DNA of 64,000 bases from Octopus vulgaris (taxonomy: Eukaryota), in the NCBI GenBank assembly GCA_951406725.2, contig OX597822.1, positions 87,668,001-87,732,000 of the forward strand, read 5' to 3'. Position numbers and translations under genes: made by a program. Positions 25,446-38,545 of this stretch are shown piece after piece. The first letter of the stretch is position 1; each line of letters opens with the position of its first letter. The notes under the pieces were generated by a model, which was not told the origin of the DNA, searched no databases, and saw only the letters and a program-made list of their open reading frames with translations.

Positions 25446-26909
25446 TCAGTTCACAGGAAGTTTTAAAAAAAGCTATTTTAAAGCTAAATGTTCAGAAATG
25501 TATACAGAAATCTATTGCTTACCTTATTACATTTATGTATTTGTTTTACAAGATTCTTTATGTGAAATCACGTTGAAACAGATATTGTTATACTTGGGGA
25601 CGGTCATATTTCTAATCTTGTTTTATTAACCGTATTTGTGTATAAAATTCTGAATAACATTTTCCAAGATAAACATTTGTAAAAATTTTGTAAGGCTTTA
25701 CATTACATTTATACAAATCTATCATGTCTTCAAATACAGCCTGTAGCACAGAGAACATTTGGTTTGACCTGTGATTCACTTGTAACTAACCTAATTTAAG
25801 TCATTATCAAAAATGACCAACTGGTCTTCTGAATTGTTTTTAAGTCAATATCTACAACATCCATGTATACTAATCAAACAACTTGAGTTTGTTTCCCATT
25901 ATAATTATTCAGAGTGAAGATAGTCTCTTTAATTTGTTACTGTAATTAAGGAAAAATATTTATATATGACCTAACTCATTAATAAATCAATGTATTAGTA
26001 TGTGTGAATTTTTTCACCTTTATGGATACACATTGTTTAGCCCCTGTTCAAGCATACACAAAAGTTAAAAGCATTAATCATTATTTTTTCAACTATGTGT
26101 TATTCCTATTTTTAAGATGGGAAGATGTGTTATAGGGAAGATTTGGACAGTGCCACCTTAGGATATGGGCACACAGAGCTCAGGAGCCACATAAGTCTGG
26201 AAGCCCAATGATTATGTATCTCTTGTTGTGTATGCAGGGGCCTCATGGTTGTGTATACCAGGAAGTCTATAATACTGTTAACGGGGATCTGGATATGGCT
26301 ACCAATTGTAGCAGGTTGTGCAAATTGGTATGTAATAATGAACAAGGCCCAGTTAACTTTTTTTTCTTAATCCTAAGAAACATTCAGAACACCTGTAAAA
26401 CTTCTTTCACGTTACATCATCAATTTATAGGTGAACAATTCAAGTTTGATGATTGTTAGACTAGTGAGGTATTAATGAAATTGAAGTTAACAACAACATA
26501 AAATGTGTGTGTGTGTGTGTGAATACACACACATCTCCACATATATTAATAAAATACACCTATATAGATATGTACATGTACAAATATGTACAGTTAAATA
26601 GACGTCCTTTTCAATTATAGAAATCCAACCAACTATACTCCAATAACCAGCTTACCATACACCCCAGAAACAAAGAACACTATTAGACAAGACAATCCAT
26701 CAATCAGATTCAATTTTCCCTTGAACAACATTCTCAGTTAATATTCTTCCTAATCTATAATATTTTGTTAACTTACCTGTTCTGTAAGTTACTATTCTAT
26801 CACTTTCATGCATGAGCGAGTATAAATATTTATGTGAATATGCAGACACACAAAGGCTATTTCCTTCATATTTAGAATAAGGAAACATTGAGTAAATAAT
26901 TCATGGTCA

Positions 26910-27995
26910 TTGTCCTTTAACATCCATGTTGGCATGGGTTTTATGGTTGGATGCCCTTCCTAAAAATCAAGCACTGTACACTGTGAATGGATACATTTTG
27001 CGTGCCACCTGTATTACTGAGGTCACCATGCAGTTCACAGGACTACAAGCCCAGGGAGTGGTAGGTGGCAGCTTCATGCTAGGGGATAAGAGGGTTACGG
27101 TATGAGTGGACAGTAGAGCAGATTCCTGCAGAATGATCTGTATGACTATTTACAGAAGGAAGGGAAGGAAAAGAAAATGGTCAGTAGGAGATGCACGACT
27201 TATAATGGTGATAAGATGACCAAGTGGCCCTACAAGAAACACGATGACTTGAATAATTGGTTTACAAGATTGAAAAGGTGGGTGAGGGTAAGAAGGCAAG
27301 CTGTCAAAGTGGGTAAGGTTTCTTTTTTGAATACAACATCTGATTCCTCTTATGCACAGTTTTTCCCTTAGCATCTTTGTACCAATTCTTCCATGCACAT
27401 TAGAAGGAAATGAAGTGAGCATGCTCTGCTGGATTTGCAGTCTTCTCAAGACCACTACATTCAAAGCCTATGTCTCACTACCATGCCACATTGCAGTTCT
27501 AACAAAAGTATCATACAACCTACCATTCACTCTTAGGGAAAATATCTTTGTTGTCTACAGTGGTTGTAACTTCTTGAACTTTTTTCAACTTGTTCTTACT
27601 CTAGCAACTATACTTCAGAGAAGCCACCTCACTTGCTAATTTATCAACTACTCGTAATGAACCATCTGGGGATTCCCAAGACCCATACATACTGCTTCAG
27701 TGCATCTACTGTGTATGAAGCTTACATTCTCGGATAGTCTGCCAATAATTCCATTACACATTTTAGGTATCTATAGCTTACATTGAGTACAGCATATGGA
27801 ATTTCTACCTACTGCTTATCTACAGTCATCAATATAGTCATCTTCCTGAAATTACTAGGGTTCTGTCTTTCTGCCAGATTTCAGATTTAGCTTCCATACC
27901 TGGAGTTTCTTCTAATTCCCCTATAGATTTGGCTATAAGGACTGAATCCTCAACATATAAGAGTTCTAATAGATAGCCAGTCTTAAATTGTTTCA
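26910..27995 (-). mobile_element. Degenerate RTE LINE
   Basis: QFKTGYLLELLYVEDSVLIA and REKLCIRGIRCCIQ in minus ORFs; GGATGCCCTTCC 3' UTR motif at ~26950. Confidence 0.75.
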
Positions 27996-28421
27996 ATATA
28001 CATAATTTTATCTGAGCAAAGTTCTTAAAGGTCAGCTTTACAGTTTTTAAAACTGCTATGACTATAATCACTGGTGTTAATTTTATTTGTGATTTTCACC
28101 AAAAATGTTAGATTTTCATTGTAGATTCTGATTTAAAAAACTGGTTAGCTACTAAGATGCAGTTTAGCTTTTGTCTGTGGAAAAAGATCTAATCTTCCTA
28201 CTGTAACAATTGCAGGAGAAAAACCTGGCTAAGAATAAACTGCTTTACCTGGTTTTTGTTGATTTGGAGAAAGCATTTGTAGCGTGACACAAGAAGTCAG
28301 CACCATTTCGTGCAAGATCTCGCCTACAACCATGTTTGCCATGCGTGAGACAACAGCAAGGCTCTCGTGAGCAACATCTATTTAAGGAGGTGTATTAAGG
28401 TGATAATATTTGTGTAACTTT

Positions 28422-28632
28422 AAGGCGGTGAGCTGGCAGAAACGTTAGCATGCTGGGCAAAATGCTTAGTGGTATTTCGTCTGTCTTTACGTTCTGAGTT
28501 CAAATTCTGTTAAGGTCAACTTAGCCTTTCATCCTTTCAGGGGTTGATAAATTAAGTACCAGTTGCATACTGGGTCGATCTAATCGACTGACCCCCTCCC
28601 CCAAAATGTTGGGCCTTGTGCCTAGAGAAGAA
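28422..28632 (+). mobile_element. tRNA-type SINE family B, tail type 2
   Basis: Head AAGGCGGTGAGCTGGCAGAAACG, B-box GAGTTCAAATT, core GCCTTTCATCCTTTC; imperfect TSD AATATT..TGTAACT at 28405-28419 and 28633-28647. Confidence 0.88.
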
Positions 28633-28829
28633 AATATTCATGTAACTACTGACTTCATCATGTGTCCTGCACGCAGGAGAATGATGGAATGGTTACAACT
28701 GGAATAAGTTGTAGCCTCATCTCAAATTTAATCAGAAGTTTGGATAGTTACATTAGGGCTGGGCTTACAGAAGAACAATAACACAACAAACACACATTTT
28801 ACATTATATATACAAGAGTTATAAGAGAG

Positions 28830-29030
28830 ATTCTACATGGTTGCTCAACCTGCTAGAAACAGCAATTAAATTTTCCACAAATACATCTGGCTGTGCTGGA
28901 TAATATGGGCCTATGGTCTTGGGTTCACTGCATACAGGGAAATAAAAGGGGTGGTCACAGCTGGAAAGCTTTATAAATCTGCACAAACATGGTTAACCTA
29001 AGGGCAAAAAACACTAACGATTAACACAAC
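28830..29030 (+). repeat. Old dispersed repeat with core CAACCTGCTAGAAA; unclassified
   Basis: Related motifs at ~13320(-), ~25010, ~32910(-), ~42810, ~59950, ~60100. Confidence 0.55.
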
Positions 29031-29564
29031 TTTGCATTATAAGCCCAACAAGCAAATACATACTACAGCATACAATATTCACACAAGTGACGTCAGATAT
29101 GATAATGCATTTTGGGCATTTTTCTCTCTCCCTCTGTAGCTCTCTATGTCCCCTTCTCCATTTACACTCCCAATGTTCCTTTCTGCTTGTGTCTCTGTCT
29201 CTTTATTCACCCTCTCTCATTCTCTATCTTCCTTACTGACAGTCAGATAAGTTATATATAACAGAAAAACATGCACTAATTAATCACCGTATACAAAATC
29301 CATTGACACTGCAGTCACTAAAAGATAGTGTTCGTGTGTGTTTGTGAACATATACACGAAATAACCAGCAAAGGTCATGAGCACTGCTCTTCCACTTGAC
29401 CAAGTCACAGAAAATTTAATTACACACACACACACACACCGAAAGTGGGGTTAAAAATTCAAACAAATACACCATCGAAACTCCTAAAGTCAAGAGAGTT
29501 GTTACTTGTCAGTTATTTTAAGAATTCAGAAGAGATACTGGATTATTCTTCATTTCATTTTTTT

Positions 29565-32208
29565 TTTTTTACTGAACTCCCCATGTTCAGGTATGGAGAT
29601 TACAAATCTGGAAAAAAAAAAAAAACATTGGCAAAAGTCGGCATTTCAAAATTTCAATTTCCCCACCTCCTCACAATTTCTTCATTTTTTTTTTTTTACT
29701 TTTTTCAGAATTTTTTTTTACCTTTTTTTTTTTGCAAAATATGTGTAAACATACAGAGATTATGATTCTGGAAAAAATTTCCAAAATTATTTGTAAAATT
29801 TCAATTAAAAAATTTTTAAATTACCCACCCCTCCCCCTGCAGTGTATGGTATAAACACGAAGTTTTGAAACCCTTTTTGCCATTGTACATGTATTGACTG
29901 CTACACTAAAAGTGAAACTTTGGAAGTGGTGTGAAGATGGGTGGACATGTGAAAAAGGTTTTCAGAAATGCTCCTGTACATTAAATAAGCCTTCACGCAG
30001 TCTATCCACATGCTAGAGATAACAGCCAATTCTCACACAAACTCTTTTTTGCACATATCCTTTGATAAAATTTTTTTACATAAACGCTTCAATATGGCCT
30101 AGAAGTGGATTGGGGATGAGTTTCAACAAAAATCCCATACTGGCTGGTTTTGTTTCTTGGTGATAAAATTTCAGAGAAATTTCCCATGGTAGAAAGAGGA
30201 ATTATATAAAAAAAAGTTAAGATTTAAAGTTATTGCCAGGAACTTGGACACCTAGCCAAACAAATGCGTCGCCCATCTTGTAAAACTATACTGAGCAAAA
30301 TTTACAAAGCGATACAGGCTGGAAGATCTCACTCAGAGCACAGGCTTTAGTGCAACAAGAAAAGTTGTAAGAAGTCGGCGAAAAACCAAATACTACTTCG
30401 AAAAGGAACTTGGTTTGGCCATAGCAATTTGTCTGGCAAAAAGTTAAAATAAAGTGTTCATTTTGTTCCTGTTTTGTTTTACAACTGAAATTGTTGGAAA
30501 TTTCTGAAGTGCGTTATTTTTTTTTCTACCAAAAAAAAAAAAAAAAAAATAAAAAAAAGAAAAACTTGAAAAGGTATTTCCAACAAATATGAGTACCGAA
30601 ATAACAGCCAAACACATTTTCATGGTAAAATTGTGTATAGGAGAACATCGTCTGCTAACACAAATTATGTTATTAAAATAAATTATCTCAAACAGGTGCA
30701 GGAGTGGCTGTGTGGTAGGTAGCTTGCTTACCAACCACATAGTTCTGGGTTCAGTCCCACTGCAAGTGTCTTCTATAGCCTCAGGCTGATAAATGTGGAT
30801 TTGGTTGGCCAACTAAAGTGGATTTGATTGGAGCCTCCAGCTGTATGAAAATTTTCTGACTCCTTGTCAGAAAACAGCTTCAGGAGTTGTGAAGAATGAA
30901 TTTGTACGTAGTCTGTTTCCCTAACTTTGCGGTTCAGTAAAAAAAGACCAATAGAATAAGTACTAGGGTTACAAAGAATAAATCCTGGGGTCGATTTGCT
31001 TGATTAAAGGCAGTGCTCCAGCATGGCTGCAGTCAAATGACAAAGTGTTTCTGCAAAATTTCATTAAAAGATATCTATTTTCTTTAAAGTTATGAGGGGA
31101 AAAAAATCGGATCATGTGAATTTCTCTGATATAAATCTTTGCAGAAAGATTAGATTGATCAGATATTTTTTCATTATTTTATCCCAAAAGTTACAATAAA
31201 GTGTTCATTATTTTTTTTGTTTTGTTTTGTTGGGTCAACTGATTTCCCTTTCAGGTATTGTGCATGCGCACTAATATTGTTTCATTTTCTATGACCACAT
31301 GAAATTTTGAAATGGAATACAATGTTGAAAATATAATTATGAGGTTTATACACCATAAATTCCAACGGTATGTAACATGAAATTTCTTTGATATTTTCAG
31401 TGAATTCGTGTTGTATCTGCATCACATACAGATGTGTATGGGTGGGTGTCAAGAAGGTTTATTGGAGATTTTGGCTGTTATTTCGGTACTCATATTTTTT
31501 GTAAATGCCCTTTTAAGTTTCATTTTGTAGAAAGAAAAAAAAAGAAAAAACACATTGGAAATTTCCAACATTTTTAGTCGTAAAACAAAACAAAAAAAAA
31601 TTGAACGCTTTATTTTAATTTATGTGCAAAAAAGAGTTTGTGTGAGAATTAACTGTTATTTCTAGCATGTGGATAGACTGCTTGAAAGCTTATTTAATGT
31701 GCGGGATCGGATGGGTTATGTCTCTGCCACGTACACCCAATTTTGATTTCGAAGTATTTAAAAGTTATTTGGAAATCATAAAGAGAAATGAACAACAGAA
31801 TCAGACCGTCCGCATTTTAAAACCGAAAATTTAAAAAAAAAAAATTTCCAAAAGTCTTTTTCACATGTAGCCCACTTCCAAAGTTTCGCTTTTAGAGTAG
31901 CAGTCAATGCATGCATAATGGCGAAGAGGATTTCAAAACTTTGTGTTTATGCCGTAGACTGTGAGGGAGGGGGTAATTTTAAATTTTTTAATTGAAATTT
32001 TACAAATATTTTGGGAAATTATTTTCGGAATTATAATCTCCATATTTTTACACATATTTTGCAAAAAAGAAAAAAAAAACTGAAAAAAGTAAAAAAATGA
32101 AGAAATTTTAAGGAGGCGGGATGGAATGAAATTTTGAAATGCTGATTTTTGCCATTTCTTTTTCAGATTCATAATCTCCGTACCTGAGTACAGGGGTTTC
32201 TGTAAAAA
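29565..32208. repeat. Long degenerate inverted repeat (foldback or long-TIR element) with nested insertions
   Basis: 29565-29960 pairs with 32208-31855; 29975-30057 with 31705-31621; 30444-30612 with 31620-31468. Confidence 0.85.
30694..31040 (+). mobile_element. SINE family A, internally rearranged, in the foldback spacer
   Basis: Family A head at 30694 and family A tail at 30920-31040 separated by unrelated sequence. Confidence 0.8.
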
Positions 32209-32605
32209 TGAATAAATAGATAAATAAGGGGTGGGGTGGAAGGTACAAAAGGAAGTCTTGCCTTCATATATATCATCACTTACTACACAATACAGATAAA
32301 AATAATATACAGAATATCAAAAGTAAACAACCTCCCACCCCTTCATGAATATGATCAAAAGCAAAGCGTAACAAAGATTCAAACTTCAACACAGAACAAA
32401 TAGTTTTCCTTGTAGCAGGTAAGAAAATAGAATTCTCACAGCTTCTGAGATAGCAGGTAATGCCAATTTAAATATCAAATTGTGTAAATCAATGACACTG
32501 ATTCACACGATGAGACATTAGGTACGGTATAGTTTGACCTATATACTAAGACTGATGGTGGTAGGTCTAACACGTTAGATAGTAAAAACACTTGACATTA
32601 CTCAC

Positions 32606-32638
32606 CTCCCTCACAATCTCTTTTTGCTTCCATTCCCT
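32606..32638 (-). other. Candidate 33-nt host microexon
   Basis: Minus strand tttttactgtAG|AGGGAATGGAAGCAAAAAGAGATTGTGAGGGAG|GTGAGT; purine-rich; open in two frames (REWKQKEIVRE or GMEAKRDCEG). Confidence 0.35.
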
Positions 32639-34104
32639 CTACAGTAAAAACATCCTACTTTAAGGCAAGTCAAAGAATAAATCTAAAACTAAATTATTTC
32701 TGTCACACCCTTACAAAGTAAGTAAAATTAAGAAAATTTCAAATTACATGCTGCATTTACTGAAATTGTTGATTAGCCGTGGGTCAGCCAAGATCAACAG
32801 ACCTGTGATCAAAAGCATCCAAGCCAAGACAAAATTGTCTTTTCCACATAGTATTATCTAATTTGTTGTTTATATTTTAACACGTATTTAATTACATGCA
32901 GATTTAGCTGCTATTTCCTGCAGATTGATGAACCCCATAGTGACTCCTTTATTGGCTTGCATTGAGGTTAAGTAGATCCTCAACAGTTTATTTTTACAAT
33001 TTGCATGACTATGTTAGAGAGTTAATTGGAAGATGCAGCAGCTATCAATATGTGATAATTCTGATAATACACAAAGATTGACTTTGCTTTTCTTCCTTCC
33101 GGAGTTGATAGATTAAAGTATAAGTCAATAAATCCAACTGATTGTTACTTCCAAAATTTGAGGGCTTATGTTTATGTAAGAAATCATCAGCAGTAGCAGC
33201 AAAGGTAAAGGAAACTGAAAGAGGCTATGAAATAGAAATGCTGATATGGCTATGGTTAACAACTTCATTGCCAAATAAGGAGGTTGTGGCAAATCATGAG
33301 AGGAAAGGTGTTCGGATATTTAAAGGAAAGAAATTTGTGTGTTGGATTGCAATATTACCTTAAGTCATGGACACACTGGACGGTTGCTCAGGGAGCTCAA
33401 TATTAATCTGTGTATACTGTAGCTTTCTGCCAATACAAAATGTAGGGGCCCCAGTGCATTGCTTTGCTAAAGGGTCTATAAAATAACTCAGCTGTGATCA
33501 ATAGCAGAGACAAGTCACACCAACCAAACTACAATATTATTTTTGTCAAACCATAAGGAATATGTAGTGTCAGATGCTGATAAAATACAGTTTTAAGAGG
33601 ACAAAATTTGTTAACCATCTGATTAACCAATAGTTAAGAAATTACAGGATCGGATGTTTGTGTCAACAGCAAGTCTAAATACTACAAATTCTATTTGTCA
33701 ATAACAAATTCATCCCTATTCATCATGATATATAGCTAACAAAACTGGTATCAAGGCTGAGAATATTTGTAAGTTGAGATGGATGACACATTGTGGCATT
33801 GCTAAGAAATAAAGAACAAAGGGAATAAGTTAAATATCTTCACACTTATGACTCAAGAACACAGTGAAAATTTTAGCCAAAGTGCTAGTAAAGAAATTGG
33901 GATTTTTTTTTAATGAGATGGATGAACTGATACAGACCTGTGTACTTACAAGGAAGGCTGTGCAAGACACCTTTTATCTCATGTTACAGGATTGAAAGAA
34001 TAAGAGCTAGATCTGGTTTGAGTGAAGAATCCTTTTGGATAAGTTAAAACTATTGAACAGGATAAATTATCAGTGGTATCTAGCTGTATAGTGGATGTTC
34101 AGTT

Positions 34105-34269
34105 TGTTCTGAGTTCAAATTCCGCCGAGGTCGACTTTGCCTTTCATCCTTTCGGGGTCGATAAATTAAGTACTAGTTACACACTGGGGTCGATGTAATC
34201 GACTTAATCCCTTTGTCCATCCTTGTTTGTCCTCTCTATGTTTAGCCCCTTGTGGGCAATAAAGAAATA
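34105..34269 (+). mobile_element. 5'-truncated SINE family B, tail type 1
   Basis: Family B core; perfect 12 bp TSD GGATGTTCAGTT at 34093-34104 and 34270-34281. Confidence 0.9.
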
Positions 34270-36324
34270 GGATGTTCAGTTCTAAACTGGATTCTGACAT
34301 CTTTAATAGCAACATCAATACATTAAATAGTCCAAGTAAATATTCAATTGTTCCATATTCCACATGCTGACCAATCAATCACTTTTATAGTTATTAGCAC
34401 TTCATCTCTACCATGAAAATTGAGCTTTTTGAGGGATACTTCACAGAGTGACAACATGAGGATTCCTAAATCAGATTCCTCCAAAAGCAAGGTGGAGAAT
34501 GGAAATTGGTTAAATGTGAGTAAATGATAGGAGGCCACTAGAGGTACAAATGGTCATTAGTAATTCTCATGTAACCATGATGTGAAGTTTTATTGGCTAT
34601 TTGCCAGATTTATTGTATTATCAAGAGTGCAGTATTGCTTAGCCAGTTCCTAACTAATATAAAGAGGAACGTAAAGCTCTTTTTATTCTCAGTAGAATGT
34701 GGCAAGCTGCCTCCTCTCTTTTCTCTCTCACACAGAATACAACCACACTCTTTCACTCTCTTTCTTCAGTAATTTAGTGAAGGTAGAATTGGTCCTTGTC
34801 TACTCTCATTTTTGTTAGTATTTATTTTGTCAACCATGGAACTGAAATATATACCGTTAAGACTAAGTACAAGTACTATATCATCAACCCCAAACTGATG
34901 GAAGGCAGGATGTGAACTGACAATGTAAAAAAGCTTCAAATAAATACTACTTCACATTTTGTCCAATATTGTAACAATTCTTGGCAAACGAAATAAAATA
35001 ACTATTAATAGCAGCAGCACTGATGTGTGACCAAATATTTGGTCTTTCTTTTCATTTTACAATGTCTGTTAATCTTCTATTATAATTTATTCTACTTCTT
35101 GAATACATAATAAAAACATGAAAGTAACTGCCAAAGTTTGTCTTTTATTTTATTGAAAACTGAAGAACGAAAAGCAAATTCAATCTCAGCAGGATTTAAA
35201 TTCAGAATGTAAAGGGCTATAATTAAACAACACAAAACTTTTTCATCTGGTACTATATAATTCTGCAATTTCAGACTCTTTTAGTGTAGTCCTTGTAAAT
35301 TAAAATAATTTCTTTTTTTTTTCCTGATATTATAAAGATATAACAAGTCAGACATCACTGTTAAAAACAACATTAGGACATGAGTTTAACTGGAATAGTC
35401 AGTAATAACTGCTACATCGATAAAACACATCTGATAAAGGAAAAGCTCAGCATTTCTTTTAACAGCTTGATAAACTTGAAGTAAACATCTTATAATAATT
35501 CTACTTGTAACTCTGTAACTTAGCCTGTCCATAATGCTTTCACATGATTGGTTGAAGGTGGAGGAGAGGGGAAAGGGAGGTGGTGGTGAATGAAATGTGT
35601 AATTTTTTTTTAATTATTTTTTTTTTCCTTCGCTACTAAGCCCATCTGTAATGCTTTCACATGATTAGTTGAAAGGAAAGGCAAAGTGCGAGAGACAAAG
35701 AGGAAGAATAAAGAGGAAAAGAGGGTACGGCAAAGAACAAGAGAGAAAGAGTGTTGTGTAATAAGTCTATAAAATTGTGCACAGTGTATATCAAGTGCAT
35801 ATACAAAGTGCATTAAGTATTCATTGTACTCCAGTTGCTTCACTTTTCAAAGAGTAGCAGATGAATAATTATCTTTTGATACAAACACCACACAGGGTAT
35901 GCTTTCAGGTTTTCTGGATAAATTTTTCAGAAATAACCTGATAAGTTTACTGTTAGTTCCATGAAATATTTACGGGTTCCGCTAGTAAAGCAAATACACA
36001 GCATAGGCATAATATATAATTCCAACATTAATTGGAAAATAATATACTTCTGTAAATATTGTAAAGTAAGAAAATATAATTTGAAACCTTGCAAATTTCC
36101 ACTGGTCAGACTTGTCACAGTTGTGTTGCTTTCTTGTAATTTCAAACAATTGAAAGTACAAGTGACAAGAAAGGAAAGCAAGACTACTTCTAGAAATTGT
36201 AATAAAATCAGGGTGAGGGGAGTCATTGCATTTGAGATATTAGACATGAGGATTTTTTTAATGATATGCCATGGTACACAGGAATGCTGCAAAAAGTTTT
36301 TACAACACTTTCCTGCCGTGTCCC

Positions 36325-36933
36325 CAAAACATGTACCGAGAATGATAAAAATCAAACATCCAGTCAACATCATGGTGTTTGGAGTGATGGTGATGTTATG
36401 CCTCCATTCATCTTCCCACACAGCCTCACACTCAATACGCAGACCTACATCAAGTGCCTGGAAGAGGTAGTTCTACCTTGGGTTAAGAGGGTGGCTGCTG
36501 GGAGACCTTACGTCTGGCAACAGGGCTCCGCACCATGTCATACAAGCAGGAGAACCCAGTTATGGCAGTCAGACAATTTCTGAAACCACATCACCCCTAA
36601 CATCTGGCCACCTAGCTCACCAGACTACAACCCCCTTGGTTATTATGTGTGGGGTGCAGTTGAGCAAGAGAGCAACAAAATTCCTTGCAACACCAAAGAT
36701 TTGAAGGCAAGGATTATGGCAGCATTTACCAACTTAAACAAGGAGACTATCCAGAAGAGATTCCTTAATTGTCTGGCGGCCATGATTGAAGCCAATGGTA
36801 ATTTTATTGAATAAATTTACTCTTTAGTATTTCGAGATATTTTTATGTAATTTTGGTAAATATATTCGTTAAAATGAGATGTCAGTGTGATTTTCATTTT
36901 TGCATAACTTAGATGACAATTTATTCACCACAC

Positions 36934-36937
<4 letters not shown>
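36325..36937 (+). mobile_element. Tc1/mariner superfamily, DD37D (maT-like) transposase 3' half and right TIR
   Basis: VMPPFIF, YVWQQGSAPCHTS, WPPSSPDYNPLGYYVW with 37 residues between the two (mutated) Asp positions; ends ...CACACCCTG. Confidence 0.88.
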
Positions 36938-36977
<40 letters not shown>

Positions 36978-37358
36978 CATACATCTATGTGTGTCTTTGT
37001 ATCTGTGTCTGTCTCCCACCACCTCTTGACAACGAGGTGACGAGAATGGCTCCTCAGTACATCATACGGTCGATAAATAGAATAATGCATATATGTACCA
37101 GAGGGAAATAAGCGACTCAACTGGGTAGAATTTTTAAGAGAAGATTTATTGATATGGTAACATGTGTGATTGTGTGTGCGTCATATATACAGAATAATAG
37201 ACAGGCCGTCGTAAGAACAAGATGTATGCGTGTGTATGTAGGCATAGGCATATGTGTGTTAAGAACATATAAGGATGGCGATGAAGAAGAGACAGTGAAA
37301 TAGTCTGTAGCCATTGAAGTGAGGAGTAAGTTCATAGACACAAGAATGATAAATACCT

Positions 37359-37590
37359 ATTTCTTTACTACCCACAAGGGGCTAAACACAGAGGGGACAA
37401 ACAAGGACAGACATAGGTATTAAGTCGATTACATCGACCCCAGTGCGTAACTGGTACTTAATTTATCGACCCCGAAAGGATGAAAGGCAAAGTCGACCTC
37501 GGCGGAATTTGAACTCACAACGTAACGCAGACAAAATACCACTAAGCATTTCGCCCGGCGTGCTAACGTTTCTGCCAGCTCGCCGCCTTA
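37359..37590 (-). mobile_element. SINE family B, full length, tail type 1
   Basis: Plus strand ends CAGCTCGCCGCCTT; ATGATAAATACC repeated at 37347 and 37611. Confidence 0.92.
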
Positions 37591-38164
37591 AATTTATCAA
37601 GAGTAAAGTTATGATAAATACCATTTCGTAGTCAATTATACACGATAGTTGAAATACTGTATCAAGAAGTTGCAGCGATGCTTCAGAGCTGGTTGCAGTA
37701 CGTGTCGTACATGAAGTTGTGGCTGAGATGCTGCTACCTGGGTCACTTGGTACAGGAGTTCTTGCAGGTTGTATATTCGCTATTGATGCATGGTGAAGTA
37801 ATTCATGAACAGTGTTGTAACCAGTGTGAGTACGTAGAGAGATGTTGATATTGGGATGGTGGCGACAGAGATGGAAGTCACCGAATGCTGTTGGATGAAC
37901 TTGGTGAGTCTCCACGTGGCTGCTGTTGTGTTGTCGCTGGAACTGACTGTGTCTTGTGTGGTCAGTGGCTAGACCTTAAAAGGTCTGGAACCATAAGTAT
38001 TTATTTAAGCACTCATGGCTCACACAGGGGGGGGGGCAGCACAAGGACAGACAGGACACTATAATGGGGACAAAGACATAAACTGAATCAAAATGAATTA
38101 TGTATCAATTAATGACGGTGAAATGGCTGCATTGAACCCCACGCTCATGCAGTACCATTTAACA

Positions 38165-38383
38165 CAGTGCTTTTCAAACTTTTTGCTGGAGCAGAACCCC
38201 AAGGAAACATTCCACTGGCTCAAGGAACCCCTGTGCAGTAATTTAATAGTTTTATGCACACATATCTGCACAGGAGAATTAAAAATTACTGCCGATTTTA
38301 CCAGTTTTGTAACCTCTTGCGGAACCCCTGGACTGTACTGGCAGAACACTAAGGTTCCGTGGAACCCTGGTTGAAAACCACTG
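38165..38383. mobile_element. hAT MITE inserted in the 3' UTR of the ORF1-only element
   Basis: TIRs CAGTGCTTTTCAA / TTGAAAACCACTG; perfect 8 bp TSD ATTTAACA at 38157-38164 and 38384-38391. Confidence 0.95.
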
Positions 38384-38545
38384 ATTTAACAGCTAAATTA
38401 TACCATTTAATGATCTTTGTTACACTGTCTTTTTTGCCTTTTAGCAGTGTTTTTTTTTTTCTTCCCCTTTTGAAAGTTTTTTGTTCCCTTTTTTTTAAAT
38501 AAAAATGTTACTTACTTTACTCTTTTTAACAGTTCACTAAGGGTT

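Noticed and set aside
32400-32425. Plus-strand ttccttgtAG|CAG|GTAAGA 3-nt microexon
   Set aside because: No other plus-strand exon support; such a short match is expected by chance in 64 kb.
35927-36470. Opposing 164- and 169-aa ORFs
   Set aside because: AT-rich non-coding sequence running into out-of-frame transposase remnant; no coherent protein.
37463-37915. 150-aa ORF as a host gene
   Set aside because: Non-ATG start, C-terminus runs into SINE B, no recognisable domain or splice support.
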